This document shows, in pieces, positions 41,877 through 55,212 of a DNA stretch of 64,000 nt (position 1 is the first letter of the stretch; each line of letters opens with the position of its first letter). Made by a program: the position numbers and the translations under genes. The stretch covers positions 1,054,001 through 1,118,000 of the forward strand of contig MU054212.1 in the NCBI GenBank assembly GCA_013239625.1. Direction: 5' to 3'. A model generated the notes under the pieces. It worked only from the letters and a program-made list of their open reading frames with translations, had not been told where the DNA came from and ran no database searches. Origin of the DNA: Lama guanicoe (Eukaryota).

Positions 41877-44775
41877 AAAACTTTTAAATTGAAATATACA
41901 TAAGAGAAATGATCATTTAAACCATTTTTAAGAGTATAGTTCAGTGGCATTAAGTACATGGTTGTGCAACTGTCACCACCATCCATCTCCAGAACTTGAT
42001 CTTCCCTAACTGAAACTCTGTGTCTACCTTCCTCCCCTCAGCCTTTGGGAACCACCCGTGTACTTTCTGTCTCCCTGGATCTAATGACTCTAGGAACTGT
42101 ATATAAATGGAATCACAACATAGTTGTCCTTTTCTGACTGGCTTATTGACTTAGCATAATGTCTTTAAGATCATTCATGATATAACACGTATTAGAATCT
42201 CCTTTCTTCTTAAGGCAGAATAGTATCCATAGTGTGTGCGTTTATCACATTTTGTTTATCCATTCATCCACCATCAAAGGATACTTGGGTTGCTTCTGTG
42301 TTTTAGCTATTGTGAATAATGCTGCTGTGAACATGAGTATACAAATGTCTCTCTGCAGCCTTGTGTTTAGTTTGGAGGGTATATACCCAAAGTAGAATTT
42401 CTGGATCATACGGTAATCCTATATTTAATTTTTTGAAGAACTGCCATGCTGTTTCCCATAGTGGTGGCATCATTTTGCATTCTTATCAACAGTACATGAG
42501 TTACAATTTCTCAACATGCTCTCTTTTTTTTTCTTCCTTTTTCAATTAGCCATCCTAATGGGTGTGAAGTGCTGTTCCATTGTAGTCTTGATTTTTAATT
42601 CCCTCATGATTAGTGATGTTGAGCATCTTTTCATGTGGTTATTGGCCATTTGTGTATCTTCTTTGGAGAAGTGTCTGTTCATCTCCTTTGCTGTCTTTTA
42701 ATCATGTTTTTTGTTGAGTTGTAGGAGTCCTTGATATAGTCTGGATATTAAGCCCTTATGAAGTATATGATTCACACATATTTTCTTCCTTTTCATGTTG
42801 ATAGGGTCCTTTAATGCAGAAAAATATTTAATGTTGATAACCAATTTATTTGTTGTTGCCTGAGCTTTTGGTGTCACAACCAAGAAATCATTGCCAAATC
42901 TCCTGTCATGAAGATTTCCCTCGCTTTTCTTCTTACAGTTTTATAGTTCCAGCTCTTACGTTTAGATTTTTGGTCCATTTTGACTCAACTTTTATATGGT
43001 GTAAGGTAAGGGTGTAACTTCAGTCTTTTACATGTAGATATCCAGTTTTCCCAGCACTGTTTGTTGAAAAAACTATTTTCCTATGTATGTAAGGTTTTAT
43101 TTCTGAGCTTTGTATTCTGTTCTGTTGGTCTATATCTGTCTTTATGTGAGTACCTACCCTGTTGTGACTACTTTAGCTTTGTAGTAAGTTTTGACATCAG
43201 GAGGTGTGGGATCTCCAACTGTTCTTTTGCCAGATTACGTTGGCTATTCAGAGTCCATTGAGATTTCCTGTGACTTTTTAAAAATTGAAGTACAGTTAGT
43301 CACATTGTGTCAATGTATGGTGTGCAGCATGATGTCTCAGTCATGCATATACATACATACATTCCTTTTCATTTTCTTTTTCCTTTAAGGTTATTACAAG
43401 GTATTGAATATAGTTCCCTGTGCTATACATAAGAAGCTGGTATTTTAAAATCTATTTTTATATATAGTGGCTAACATTTGCAAGTCTCAGACTCCCAAAT
43501 TTATCCCTTCCCATCCCCTTTCCCCAGTAACCATAAGATTGTTTACTGAGTCTGGAAGTCTGCTTCTGTTTTGTAGATCAGTTCATAGTGTCTTTTTTTT
43601 TTTTTAGATTTTACATATGAGTGATATCATATGGTACTTTTCTTTCTCTTTCTGGCTTACTTCACTTAGAATGACAATCTCTAGGTCCATCCATGTTGCT
43701 GCAAATGGCATTCTTTTATTTTTTATGGCTGAGTAGTATTCCATTGTATAATTATATCACAACTGCTTTATCCAGTCATCTGTCCAGGGACATTTAGGTT
43801 GCTTCCATGTCTTGGCTATTGTGTGTAGTGCTGCTATGAGCATTGGGGTGCATGTATCTTTTTGAATTAGAGTTCCTTTCGAATATATGCCCAGGAGTGG
43901 GATTGCTGGATCATATGGTAAGTCTTTTTTTTTGTTCGTTTGTTTTTTAGTCTTTTGAGGAATCGCCATACTGTTTTCCATAATGGCTGCACCAAACTGC
44001 ATTCCCACCAGCAGTGTAGGAGGGTTCCCTTTTCTCCTCACTCTCTCCAGCATTTATTGTTCATGGACTTTTGAATGATGGCCATTCTGACTGGTGTGAG
44101 GTGATACCTTATTCTAGTTTTGATTTGCATTTCTCTGATAATTTTCAATATTGAGCATTTTTCATGTGTCTGTTGGCCTTTTGTATGTCTCCTATGACTT
44201 TTAAGTTGGTTTTTTTATTCAAAAAATGTCTGTGGGATCTTGATGGGGGTTGCATTGAATCTGTAGACAGCTTCAGGTAGCCTTGACATTTTAACAACAT
44301 TGAGTCTTCCTGTCAATGAACACAGGATGTCTGTCTATTTATCAGTGTTGTTGTCTTTAATTTCTTTCAGCAATGTTTTGAGCTTTTCAGTGTGTAAGTC
44401 TTCTGCCTCCTTGGTTAAATTTATTCTTAAGTTTTATTCTTTCTGATGCTTTTGGAAATGGAATAGTTTTCTTAATTTCCTTTTTGGATTGTTCACTGTT
44501 AGTGTGTAGAAATGCAGCTGATTTTTATATGCTGGTTTTGTATCCTGCAACTCTGCTGAATTTTATTAGTTTTAACAGTGTTTTTGGTATTTTTAAGAAT
44601 TTTGTACATGGAAGATCAGGCCATCTGCAGATGGAGAATTCTACTTCCTTCCTGTTCTGGATGCCTTCTAGTACTTTTGAGTAGAAGTGGTAAGAGTGGG
44701 CTCCCTTTTGTTGTGCCTGATCTTAGAGGAAACGGTTTCAGTCTTTCACCATTGAGTGTGATGTTCACTGTGGGC
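41877..44775 (-). mobile_element. Older L1 (L1MB-like), ~2 kb of 3'UTR/ORF2, interrupted by a younger L1
   Basis: ttaaccatttttaagagtatagttcagtggcattaagtaca...gagcatcttttcatgtg...ccaagaaatcattgccaaatc...gggttgcattgaatctgtag...tgcctgatcttagaggaaac; decayed ORF2 fragments in the ORF track. Confidence 0.85.
43279..44189 (-). mobile_element. Younger lineage-specific L1 3' portion (ORF2 C-terminus + 3'UTR) with TSD
   Basis: ORF 43757-44053(-) carries the L1 ORF2 C-terminal motifs LPYDPAIPLLGIY and TIAKTWKQPKCP. TSD TCCTGTGACTTTT (43266-43278) / TCCTATGACTTTT (44190-44202). Confidence 0.88.
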
Positions 44776-45911
44776 TTAATGCTTTGATAAAAATTTGTAA
44801 AGGTCGCAGGACAGTTCTGATTCCCCCATTTATCAGTAAGGCCATTTGCATGTTCCAGTGCGCATGGTCCTGTTAGGGATCCTGCACTGCTGTGTGACGC
44901 GAGCACTGTCTGCGGTCCCTGACGTGGCGCTTCCCTCCGCTGGGCTGCGCTCCTTGACGCGAAGAGCCCTGTCTGACTTGTTCACTGTTGTGTCCCCGGC
45001 ACCTGGCCTGCTGTCTGGCCTGCACTGGGTGCTCCGTCAGTAAATGAGGCATAAATAATCCTTGCCTTCATACGTCAGTTTTACTGGGGGCCCTACCGTA
45101 CATGCCAGTCACCCCTCATTCTTCAAATGTGTGGATCCCCTGTGACAGGAGATTTGTCTGGAGTACTGGAAGGTAGCGTTGTGCGGTCTCGGAAAAGCTG
45201 TCTCACTGGGAGGGGTAGATCAGACTGAGCTGGTGTCTGTCTTGTTTTGAGGCTTGCGTGTACTGGACATTCTGTGTAGTGTTTGTTGGCTATAACACTC
45301 GGTGTTAACTATTTAGCACCTGGACACTGGATACGCTCCCTTTTAAAATACAAAATTAAGTACACGTGTATGAAGGTGACAACGTGTAGTTGGTGGCAGG
45401 GCTGCTATTGTGAACTCAGTGCTTCAAGGAGATTGTAAAGGGCCGTGCCGTTTTGCACTGACGCGCACCCGTGGAAGGCAGGGCCCGAGACTGGGTCAGG
45501 AGAAAAGACTACATTTTACCTCTTTTCATTCTTCAGGCTTCACACTGAGACTTCCCTGCAGGCGAGGTCTCGGCTTGGGGTCCATCAAAATAGAACAGAA
45601 GACGTGGCACTTGCCCTGCTACACATCCGTGTTCTCTGAATAGTCAAAGGCAAGTCTAGTGATGACACGGAGCTCTTACAGCTCAACACCAGCTTCTGCA
45701 GAAGGGTAATGTTTGCTTAAAATCGAATGCTCGTTATTTTCATTTCTAAATTAAACATTTATTGACTGCCTACTGTGTTCACATCACCACGGTAAGTCCT
45801 AAGAGGGCAAGACCCTTTCCCTGCCCTCAAAGAAGGCCCAGTCTGGTGAGGAAGATCACATAGCATCTCATTTAAATGGAGTCGCATCATGAGAACAGAA
45901 ACAAGAACAGG

Positions 45912-46312
45912 TGTGTTAGTCTGCTAGGGCTGTGTAACAAGGTACCACAGATTAGGCGGCGTCAGCAACAAACTTCTTTTCTCACAGTTCTGGAGTCTGA
46001 AGTCTGATTTCAGGGCGCCAGCATGCTCAGGCTCTGCTGAAAGAGAGGTCTCTTACTGGCTTGCAAATGGCCAGTTTCTTGCCCTGTCCTTGTGTGGCCT
46101 TTTCTCTGAGAACACGGAGCGGGGAGAGAGTGCTCTCTCTCCTCTTATAGAGTCATCATCCCTTCACATTCAGCATCCACACTCATGACCTCATTTAACT
46201 TTAATTACTTCCCAAAAGCCCTGTCTCTGAATCCGGTCACATTGGCTGTTAGGACTTCCATGTGTGAGTGAGAGGGGAGAGGGAGGTACGACAGAATTGA
46301 GCCCATAGCGAC
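45912..46312 (-). mobile_element. MaLR LTR (MLT1A/C-like)
   Basis: tgtgttagtctgctagggctg...taacaaggtaccacaga...tctcacagttctggag...catgacctcatttaactttaattac...gcccatagc. Confidence 0.8.
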
Positions 46313-46334
46313 AGGGGTGCCAGACCTCGAAGAG

Positions 46335-46510
46335 GACTTACTGCGGGCCAGGCACTGTGTCTCGTGTCCTCATTCAGTCTTCCCCGGACCCCGTGAGATG
46401 GGAACTATCATTTCCCCCGTTTTACAGATGAGGAAATTGAGGCTCGGAAGAATTAAAGTGTTTTTTCCGCTCACTCACTGCACAGAGCCAGGACTTGAAC
46501 CCAGGGCCCT
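46335..46510 (-). mobile_element. MIR SINE
   Basis: ccccgttttacagatgaggaaattgaggctcgg...cagagccaggacttgaacccagg. Confidence 0.8.
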
Positions 46511-48639
46511 GGGAACTGGGGGAGTGTCGGAGGAGGTGCCGGGAGGAAGAGTAGGGAGGTGGCTTAGGGGCACTCGGGCAGGTGGAGGAGTGGCGTCTGA
46601 CTCTGAGCCTTGTGTTCAGGGCCAGGCTCCCCCCCGCTGCGTGTGGAGGGTGTACTGAAAGCAGGGATGGAGGTCGGTGCTGGTGAAGTCGGTGGGTCCG
46701 TGTTCTGTACGGAACCACTATCATTAGTCTTGTCCTTTTGGGCAGCAGGGAGCCATTGGTGGTTTTTGATCAGAGGTGTGACCTGAGATTTTTGTTTCAG
46801 AAAGCTAGCACTGGGAGCAGCACACACAATCCAGAGGAAAGAAGTTACACAGCAGTGGTTACAGCCCACGGGAGGGCTGTGAGGCCGCGGCAGTTCACGG
46901 GAGAGGCTGGAGGAGGTGGAGGCGCCAGGGCTGCTTGGTCTTTTGTGTTTTGGTTGTTGGGGGAGAATTGAAAATGTTCTGGGCCACTGACTAGATGGTG
47001 CTGCCATACAGAGAGAGACAAGGAGTAGGGAGAGAGGGACACATTTGAAGGATTAAGTACTGTAACAATTTCTTTACCAGTTTGTCGTCAGTTGGAAAAT
47101 GTTATACCAAGTGTTTTAACGCTCTTGGAAAGGAAATGTATGTCGTACTGACTGTCACAAAAGGACCTGAAGTAGCTGAATGAGTGTATTGAAGAGGCCT
47201 CTTATGGACCTTGGTGGACCACTCGTGATTATGTAATTTAAAAAGGCAGTTAAATCAAGGGATTATAAACTGAAAGAACATTTAGTAAACACTGTGTTCT
47301 GACTTTTGATGTAGGGCCTTGCCTTTTGTGAGTTGCTGATGGATTTTCAATGGGCTTTTCTTGCATAAGCCTCACCTATAAAGCATTCCTGTGATTTTTA
47401 TCATCAGGGGCTTTCAAGAGGAGCCAGAGAGTGAAGTCATTTGCAGAACGATCTGAGGAAACGCTCGGTCTTAATCCTCAAGTCTTTTACAACTATCTCA
47501 CGCTCCCTCATCCTAAAGGAGCTTTTAAAGTTCTATGCCTTTATCAGTGATTTCAAAGCATTTAATCATTTTTCATATGTATAACACGTTGTTAAGTCTT
47601 ATTTCATCTGTCTACACAGTAAACAATGAATTCGATAATTACAGTAATAAAGTCAACAGGTACAGCGTGTTTGGGTGTAATTGCTGCCCTGCTCTCAGTA
47701 AACACAGAAGAGCCCACTAGCTTGAGCCTTTAGCAGGTGAAGGACATCTGTTTCTCTCATACTGCTTAATTTGGAGTTTCTGGTGGGTGGGTATCGGATG
47801 AGTTTCAACTGTGTGTGTATTTCGTGTGCATGCATGTCTATAGACAAGGCAATTGTAGGCATCAGTTTGAAAGGGTGGTGCCATATTTTTCTAGGCTACA
47901 TTCTACATTTCTGATTATGTTTATAGCAGTTACAAAAAGGAAATGTCGGTTGTAGGACACATTCTGTGATGAGATATTCAAGTGAAACTGGTGTTAGTGG
48001 AATTTCTCACTAGACAGAGTAGTGAAATGATTGAGTTCAAGAAAAGAAGTGGGGGATTCAAGGGTTGGGTTCTTAAGAGATGAGTAGGAGTATTTCCTTT
48101 TGAAATCCAGATTTATGTCATTTCATAATTTATGGCTTCTTAGATTCCTAATGCCTCCAGCAGAAGTGATCATTGCTTCAAAATGAGCCCACCTACTTTC
48201 TAGCAATGCTAAAAAGCATGGCTAATTATAGCTTATAAAACAGCCTGTGCGTGTAGTCCATTATGGCAGAAACTCAGTTATTTTCCCTTGATGACAGGAT
48301 TAGCATTGATTAGCGAGCCCAGGAGGAGAACGCACTTGAGTCTTGCAGGGAGCCTGTATTTGAGGGAGCTCTGCAGGCTGCTGAGCAGTGGAGACGGCAC
48401 CCAGCACCCAGCCAGTGGCTCGGTGCTGGGCTCCCAGTGCAGGGGACAGCCCAGGAGTGCCTTTGCCAGCTCAAAAGAGACCTAGCAAATGTGAGATGTA
48501 ACAGGTTCCCTGATGCGTGGTCCAGCAGTATCTTAGCGACCTCGTCCCTCTCATCTGTTTCCCTGGTTTGCTTTAGTTATTTTAACAATGGAGAGAGCTT
48601 GACACTTCTTAATTTTAATGGGGGTATGATCTCATGTTT

Positions 48640-49260
48640 TCTTTTTAAATTATTAAATATTTTAAACATACAAAAAAGTATAGCATATTATAAAAGTCCT
48701 TCATATTGAGAATTAACAAACATTAGCATTTGCCATATTCACTCCCGATTTTGAGAAATAAGATATTATAGATGCAGTTAAGCCCCCAAACGTATTTCAG
48801 TGCAGTGACAGCCTCCCTCATTGCCTCCCACCGTCATCAGGTTGGCGTGTCTTTTCCATCCATTTTTACACCTTTAGTGCACGTTTCTTTCCATAAACAA
48901 CATATATGTCTGTATTTTTAAATGCACATAATGTATACCCCTCGCAGGTTGCATTTTTCCACCTTTTTTTTTTTGAAGTCTACCTGTGTAGAAGTCAAGT
49001 GTAATTATTTTAACTGTTCCTCATCGTGTTTCATCATATAAACAGGTGATGCACTTCCTCATTACCAGCAACTGTTTAAGTGAGTTCCATTTCCCTAGGG
49101 CCCCTAACAGTGCCTAACGACATCTCTGTGCGTGTCTGGCACGTGAAGAACTTGACTGGGTACCGTCTGGATGTGGAATTGTTGGTTGGAAGGATCGGTG
49201 TTAATTCATACTGCCAAATCTCTCTCCCAGGGCCATGGGTTTTCCTTTAACTACCTCTCC
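48640..49260 (-). mobile_element. Very old L1 (L1ME-like) fragment
   Basis: aaatattttaaacatacaaaaaagta...ttaacaaacattagcatttgcca...ggaattgttgg...tactgccaaat. Confidence 0.5.
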
Positions 49261-50605
49261 TAATATATATAATGTTATGCAATTTTAATTTGTAGACATT
49301 AAAAAGGCTAAAACATAAATACTCTCTTTACTGAAACAGCACAAATGAGGAGTGCCCCTAATGCTATTTGGGGTTGCAGGGGCTTTTGGGGAGCCAGTCA
49401 TGTGTCAGACACACCTGTGACCTGAGGCCCTGTGGTAGCTTCTGTGAGCAGCGGGAGCAGGTACCGCGCCCGTCGTAAAAATTCCCGTGTGCAGCGCCTG
49501 GGGGCAGGGCGTATTGGTGATAAAATAAATGAAATGATATGGGGGAAATAAGGCCTGGGCTCTGTCCTCAGGGAACTTCGAGTCTAGCTGGAGTTACACA
49601 GCACACACATGTGAAAGATAGACATTTATGAAGCCAGCTAAGAGTCATAGAAAATAAAATTTGTAGAAATAGCTTGAAAATTCAATGGTGGCAGTATACG
49701 CTGACAAAAGAGTGAAATCAAAAACTCCTGGGTGACACCCTTCTTTTCGTCTTCCCCCTCCTCCCCACCTGAGGCCTGAAGGTTTACAGAAGCAAGTTGT
49801 TAGAGCCCATCAACACACTGAAAAACAAAAACGAGGAAAGCCAGAGCCTCTGAGCGTGTGCTGGGCCGGGGACCCTGGGGCCAGGTGCTCGGCCAAGCCC
49901 TCTGGACGTGTCCCGGACACCTGCCAGCTGCTGCTGGGCATGCGGCTGCTCCACACAAGGCCCCAGACGTGAGGAGCCGTCCCACACTCAGCATTTTCAC
50001 GCCCGTTTTGTGCCATCTCATTCTCAGAGCTCCCTGGTTTCTGGTCCTGAGCCGTGACCTTTAGGCCCGTAGACGTCCCTGAGCAGGGCACGTGGTGGGG
50101 GGAGGGGCTCAGGTGTGCACCCTGGGGAGTTCTCAGGTTGGGAGAAAAATCTGGGGAGTGTGGCATTGGGGTGATCACAGCAGGCTCCGGGTTGAAGGAG
50201 TGGTTCCCCATCTGCAAAGTGTTTCATTGGCTCATTTACCTCTAATGCTCAGCATCTCACAAGTCAAGACAGTGTCTCACGCTCTCTCCATTGTTAAAAT
50301 AACTAAAGCAAACCAGGGAAAACAGATGAGAGGGAAGAGGTCGCTAAGATACTAGCTAACTTATTGACAATCGGAAAGGAAAAATAGAAAAATCAGTCTT
50401 TACTCCCGTTACCCGTAGATAACATTTCAGGTAACATTTCTTTTTGTGACTATTTCTATACCTAGTTCGTCAGACTACACACATTACTGTGTCTTCTACT
50501 TTTTCACTTAGGATGGAGTAACTGGTTTATTGCATGCTCACTACACGCCAGGCTTCAAACTAGGCATTTTAGATGTTCTTCTCATTCAGTAATTACACCC
50601 ATCTA

Positions 50606-50933
50606 CAGGTGACCCTGAACTACATGGGTCTGAACTGCGTGGGTCCACTGACATGTGAATTTTTTTCAGTAAATACAGTACCTGTATTTTCATTTGACAG
50701 GTCTTTAAGTGAACTGAGGGTGCAGAAAAGTTTGTGTTTGATTAGAGGTCATAATATATGGAATCAGAAGAACTAGGGCTTGAGTCCTCGTCCTGTTCAG
50801 GCGTTTTCAGTTTCCTGCCAGTGAGTGAGTCACTTGTCGGTTTCTTAGCTTTTTGAGGCAGAGTTAGCAGGACTTGGATTTCTGACCGCGCAGAGGGTTG
50901 GCGCTCCTGATTCTGTTGTTCAAGGGTCAACTG
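50606..50933. mobile_element. Tigger2a-like non-autonomous element inserted in a MIR
   Basis: Terminal inverted repeats CAGGTGACCCTGAAC ... GTTCAAGGGTCAACTG, TA at 50604-50605. MIR pieces on both sides (~50520-50600 and ~50940-51040). Confidence 0.8.
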
Positions 50934-52849
50934 TGTAATTACGTCAAGTTTTCAGATGAGGAAACTCCGGCTGAGTTGGTGTATCTTGATTGTGGTCACA
51001 GTCCGTTCATGACCAAGCTGAGGTCTTAACTCAGGGGCATTTTCTAGAGCCCGCTCTTTTTCAGACACACAGGAGTAAGCATTTCCTTTTAACTTTTCTG
51101 GGGGGTAAAGTAATACTTTGCTAGGAGAATAGATCATAATGTGCCCATTCTAGAGAACATCTTTGTGTAGAAATAATTTTCTGTGTTTCGTTTTTCTTCG
51201 GGTAGATTCTTAGAAATATTTTTAAGTTTCTTGAAAGGTAAATAGGAAAACAAAACTTGTCAACAGGTTTGCAGCAATTTTCATTCCCATCTGTCCCTGT
51301 AAATGTTGTGTGTTTGAGTGCCCATAGGCAAAGTAGTATGTCCACCATGCTTACTTGGGAAAAATCCATTTGAATGTGTTTCCTTTAGTTTTAAATAACT
51401 TGACTTCCATGGCACATAATTTACATGGATATTTGTTACTGAAATATTTAGCTGTCTCTATACATCTGCTTCTATATCATAGAGTTTTAACATGCTATTC
51501 ACGCTGCTCTGCTGAAAACCTTGGTTTGATAAAGCCCACAGTTTAAGGAGGCATTCATTTACATTGATTTATACTTTCTTACACTGATAATTCTTAAATT
51601 TTTTTGTGGTTTTACAGCTTGTTCAACGTGCAAGTTGTATTTAACATCACTTTTTTTGACTCAAAAATCATGTCATTCATATCATTCTTAAACTAGGGTG
51701 TATGTAGCATTTCTTTTTTTCCCTCTTCCCCCTCTTTCTCCCTCCTTCACTCCCTTTTTAATTTCTTTTTGTAGCAGGAGGGCAGATGTTCTACAGAGAG
51801 GAAATTCTGTGTGTTATAACAACAACAGTGAAACCAAACAAACCCTTACTTATATGAAGCCTTATTTGATACTTTAATAAAAGGATTGAAGAAGGAAATA
51901 TTGCCTTCTGTTAATATTTGGAGTCATAGCAGATCTTTATAAAATAACAGCTCCGCGTTGGAGATGGGATCTGCAGAGGAAGATAAAGCATGTGAAAATG
52001 GAACACCGTTTTATTCATTTAGCTGTGTTTATTTGATACATTGCCCATTTGTTTTTATCTGTAGTGTAGCTTTTCCAAATATCAGCGCAGTATTTTTAAT
52101 CTGGCCAAAAATGTCTTCATTCTGTTATTGAACAGAATGTCTTGTAGGTAGGTTTTATCTATTACTTTTTGCATGTTTCTTGTGGTCCGACAATGCCGCT
52201 ACTAGAATAGAAATAAAAATACAGCATAGTTTAATAATTTGTGTGAATTTGGAAAACAGATACATGTACTTTCCAAATTGTTAAAGTTTTGCAGTTAGGA
52301 AATGCTTGATAAACTACAAGACATTGATAGGTGCACAGGCAGTTAAGGGCTTGTGAGGGAGTTGACTTTGTTAAATTCAATGAAGTACCCTATTTCTGAC
52401 TTCCTTAAACAAATGAGGTGTTCTTCTATGCTGCCCTTTTTCGTTTATGCAAACCTGCCTGCAGCCTGAAGGCAGTCATGCTAGTATGAGTAGGAAATTA
52501 AAGCCCTTGGCCATTCTGATTTGAATTATTATTTTAGAGAGAATGCTGTGATAAACATTGGAATTACGCGTAAAGTGTTGGTTAAAAGAGGTAACCTTTT
52601 TCTATCTCTTCTTCTGGAATAGCAGTTAGTGTTAGTGTAACTTTACTTGAGCTAGATATTGCTTTTTGTGCACTATGATCCTGTTTATTTAAAAAATCAC
52701 AACAGGAATTAGCTTTTAAGGTATCACTTTCATGGGAAGTGTCCGTGATTGCTGTTTTGAGTTTGGTTTTGTCTTAAGTGGGCTTTTCAAATGCAAGGAG
52801 TTCTTTTGGGGCTTGGGTTGACTACAAGTGTGTAGGTAAAAAGAAACGT

Positions 52850-53215
52850 TTGTTCACAGAAACAAAGAGTAGAGTGGTGGTTGCCAGAGGCTGAGAGGTG
52901 GGGCAAATGGGGAAGACGACTGTCAAAGAGTACAAACTTACAGTTATAAGATGAATAAGTTCCGGGGATCTAAAGCTCAGCATGGTAACCACAGTTAACA
53001 AACAGTATTGTATGCTCAAAAGTTGCTGTGAGAGTGAAGCTTTAATTTTCTCACCATAACAACAACAAAACAGTAATTATGTGAGGTAAATGATGTGTTA
53101 AGTAACCTTACTGTGGTAGATATTTCTCTCTCTCTCTCTATAAAATCATTTATATTGTACACCTTAAACTTATGCCATATGCCAATTATATCTCAATAAA
53201 CCGGGAAGAAAATTT
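52850..53215 (+). mobile_element. L1 (L1MA-like) 3' end, sense to TTC39C
   Basis: agagtagagtggtggttgccagaggctg...gtacaaacttacagttataagatgaataagttc...attatatctcaataaa. Confidence 0.85.
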
Positions 53216-55094
53216 TAAAAAAAGTTTGTTATTTCCTATTGTAGACTATATTCTTAGTAAAAACTATATGTAATTAAATTTCAAAAACTTAAAAAGTAAG
53301 TACAGTTATCAACATATCAGTACATGATTATGTAATTTTTAAGATGTTTGCCAACTCAAGAGAAAATTTTATAACTACACTAAAAGGTGTCTTAGTTTCA
53401 GAATTGGTCTTTATAATGCCATCCTAAATATTTTTTAGGGTCCTAGAGGTGAACAGTTGAAGACGTATACTTGTAGAATGATGTTTTAAGGAGAGCTAAC
53501 AGTAAAGAAAGGAAATCACTTTAAGCATTTTGTCTCTTCCAGAGACTATGCAAGCATTCATCCTGTTTTCAAGAATAGCTTCCTAGGCACGGAAGAGATG
53601 TTCTTTCTGTGGACGAGCCCATGATTTGTCACCCTCATCCAGTAAATACTTACATTTTACCTCCTACATGCCAGCCACTGTTGAATGAATTTCTTCACTT
53701 AGTATAAACCATTGATGAGGACATGAAAAGAGATACAGTTTCACCCTTCACGTAAGTAGGGGATGCATTCTTAATGTATGAGCATCCTAGAAATGCATCT
53801 GTCTGAACAGTTGTCCATAGGAAGTCAGGATCAAGGTCCTGGTTATTTTTTCAGTGCTGTGCAGAGTGACTCATTAGTTTTATCTACCTGTAGATAATTG
53901 TTACCTCCAGCTGTAGGAAGAGGCAGACCACTGAGGCACCTGCTGCTTCTGTCCGTATGTGGGGAGGAGCCCTGAGTCTCCACCTGCCCCCAGAAGTCCT
54001 CCTGCGCTCTGCCGCAAGCTGATGGCTTCTCTGCTTCCATTGATTTTGTGGCTTCTTGGCACCGGGCAGTGAGTTACAAGGTCGTTCTCAGATAAGACGC
54101 AAGGCCACACATCACAGGCAGTTAATGTAACAAAAGCAAACAGTAAGACACTCTAGTGGCAGTGAGTGCAAACATCGCTGTACACGCCGCTCCCTGGGGA
54201 CGGGCGGCCCTCCTGGCCTGGGGGCACCCCCAACCTGGGTGGGCTGCCCCTGGGGCCGGCTGGTGGAGCGCTAAAGACTCCAGACTCCCTAGGAACGGTG
54301 GGCGTATGATACAAGTCCAGACAGAAGATTGGACCTGCTCCAAATCGTCATTAATCAAAAGTCATAAACTGAATGGCCATGATGATCCATGTTTTTAGAG
54401 ACATGCTATCCTTTAGATAAAAAATTGCCCAAGGATCACCTTTTGAATTGTCTGAGAAGAAGAGAGCTTTTCTATGAAATTCCCCGCTGCCATCTTTTTT
54501 TAATTGAAGTATAGTCAGTTTACAGTGTTCTGTAAGTTTCTCGTGTACACCCACTGCTATATTCTGATCGAGGAAACAAGCGTGCTGATTTCTCTTAGTG
54601 AAAGCGGTGTTTGTGGGCTCAGGCTGACGACGATCTCATCTGGGAATTTTCTGAACCTGTGGAGGAAGGTCCCTGAAATGAAAGGTAGTGAAGTGTGGAT
54701 TTCGTAGGAGATGGTCGGTTAGTTTGAGACGGATATGGATTGGGTCCTGTGAGGTCAGGACAGTGGCATGTGGCAAAGATGGGGTTCCCAGTCTTGGGGA
54801 GTTTCCATTCAAACAAATAAAAAGATAAATATCAGATAGCAGTAGGCGCTCTGAAGAGGATTAAAATACAGAGATGCGACGGTGATGGGAGGCTCATTAA
54901 TATAGCCTCCTGAAAGAACCCCGGAGAAGAGGAACTCAAAGCTGGCAAGTAGCCCTTTTTAGATTTCATCAAATATGTTAGAGTAAGCCTCGTTCATCCG
55001 TGGAAAATGTGGTGACAAAGGGTGACTTTGAGTAAAATCTCCATGCTTTCGCTCACCATTTATTGTTGTTGGACTGTTTCTAGCAGCCAAACTG

Positions 55095-55212
55095 GACTGT
55101 GTATGCTCCACGAAGAGCATGAGTGTTTGTGTTTATCTTTGTATCTCTGGTGCATAGTGCAGTGCCTGCTGTATACTTGGTATTGAGCAAATATTTTGTA
55201 TGAATAAATGAA
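55095..55212 (+). mobile_element. L2 3' end
   Basis: ggactgtgtatgctcca...tttgtatctctggtgcatagtgcagtgcctg...aaatattttgtatgaataaatgaa. Confidence 0.7.

Larger units (their letters stand above)
40993..44912 (+). mobile_element. Tigger6-like Tc1/mariner element split by L1 (arms 40993-41876 and ~44780-44912)
   Basis: atttcagttaccagaggttagttaaataac...cacttctttcagagtc...acattttacaaaaa...gatgaaagtgcagca; right arm tttgataaaaatttgtaaaggtc...gcgagcactgtctg. Resembles Tigger6a as recalled; TA precedes the left end. Confidence 0.65.
39630..45050 (+). mobile_element. Ancient L2, fragmented (~39630-40010, 40520-40600, 40820-40990, 44915-45050) by later insertions
   Basis: Collinear L2 motifs: tagctccacttg...ggcacctc; ttcacttctctccatccccagcacc; 3' end cttgttcactgttgtgtccccggcacctggc...gtgctccgtcagtaaatga. 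Confidence 0.55.

Noticed and set aside
43757..44053. 98-aa ORF with recognisable protein motifs
   Set aside because: Decayed L1 ORF2 C-terminus within a truncated L1, not a host gene.
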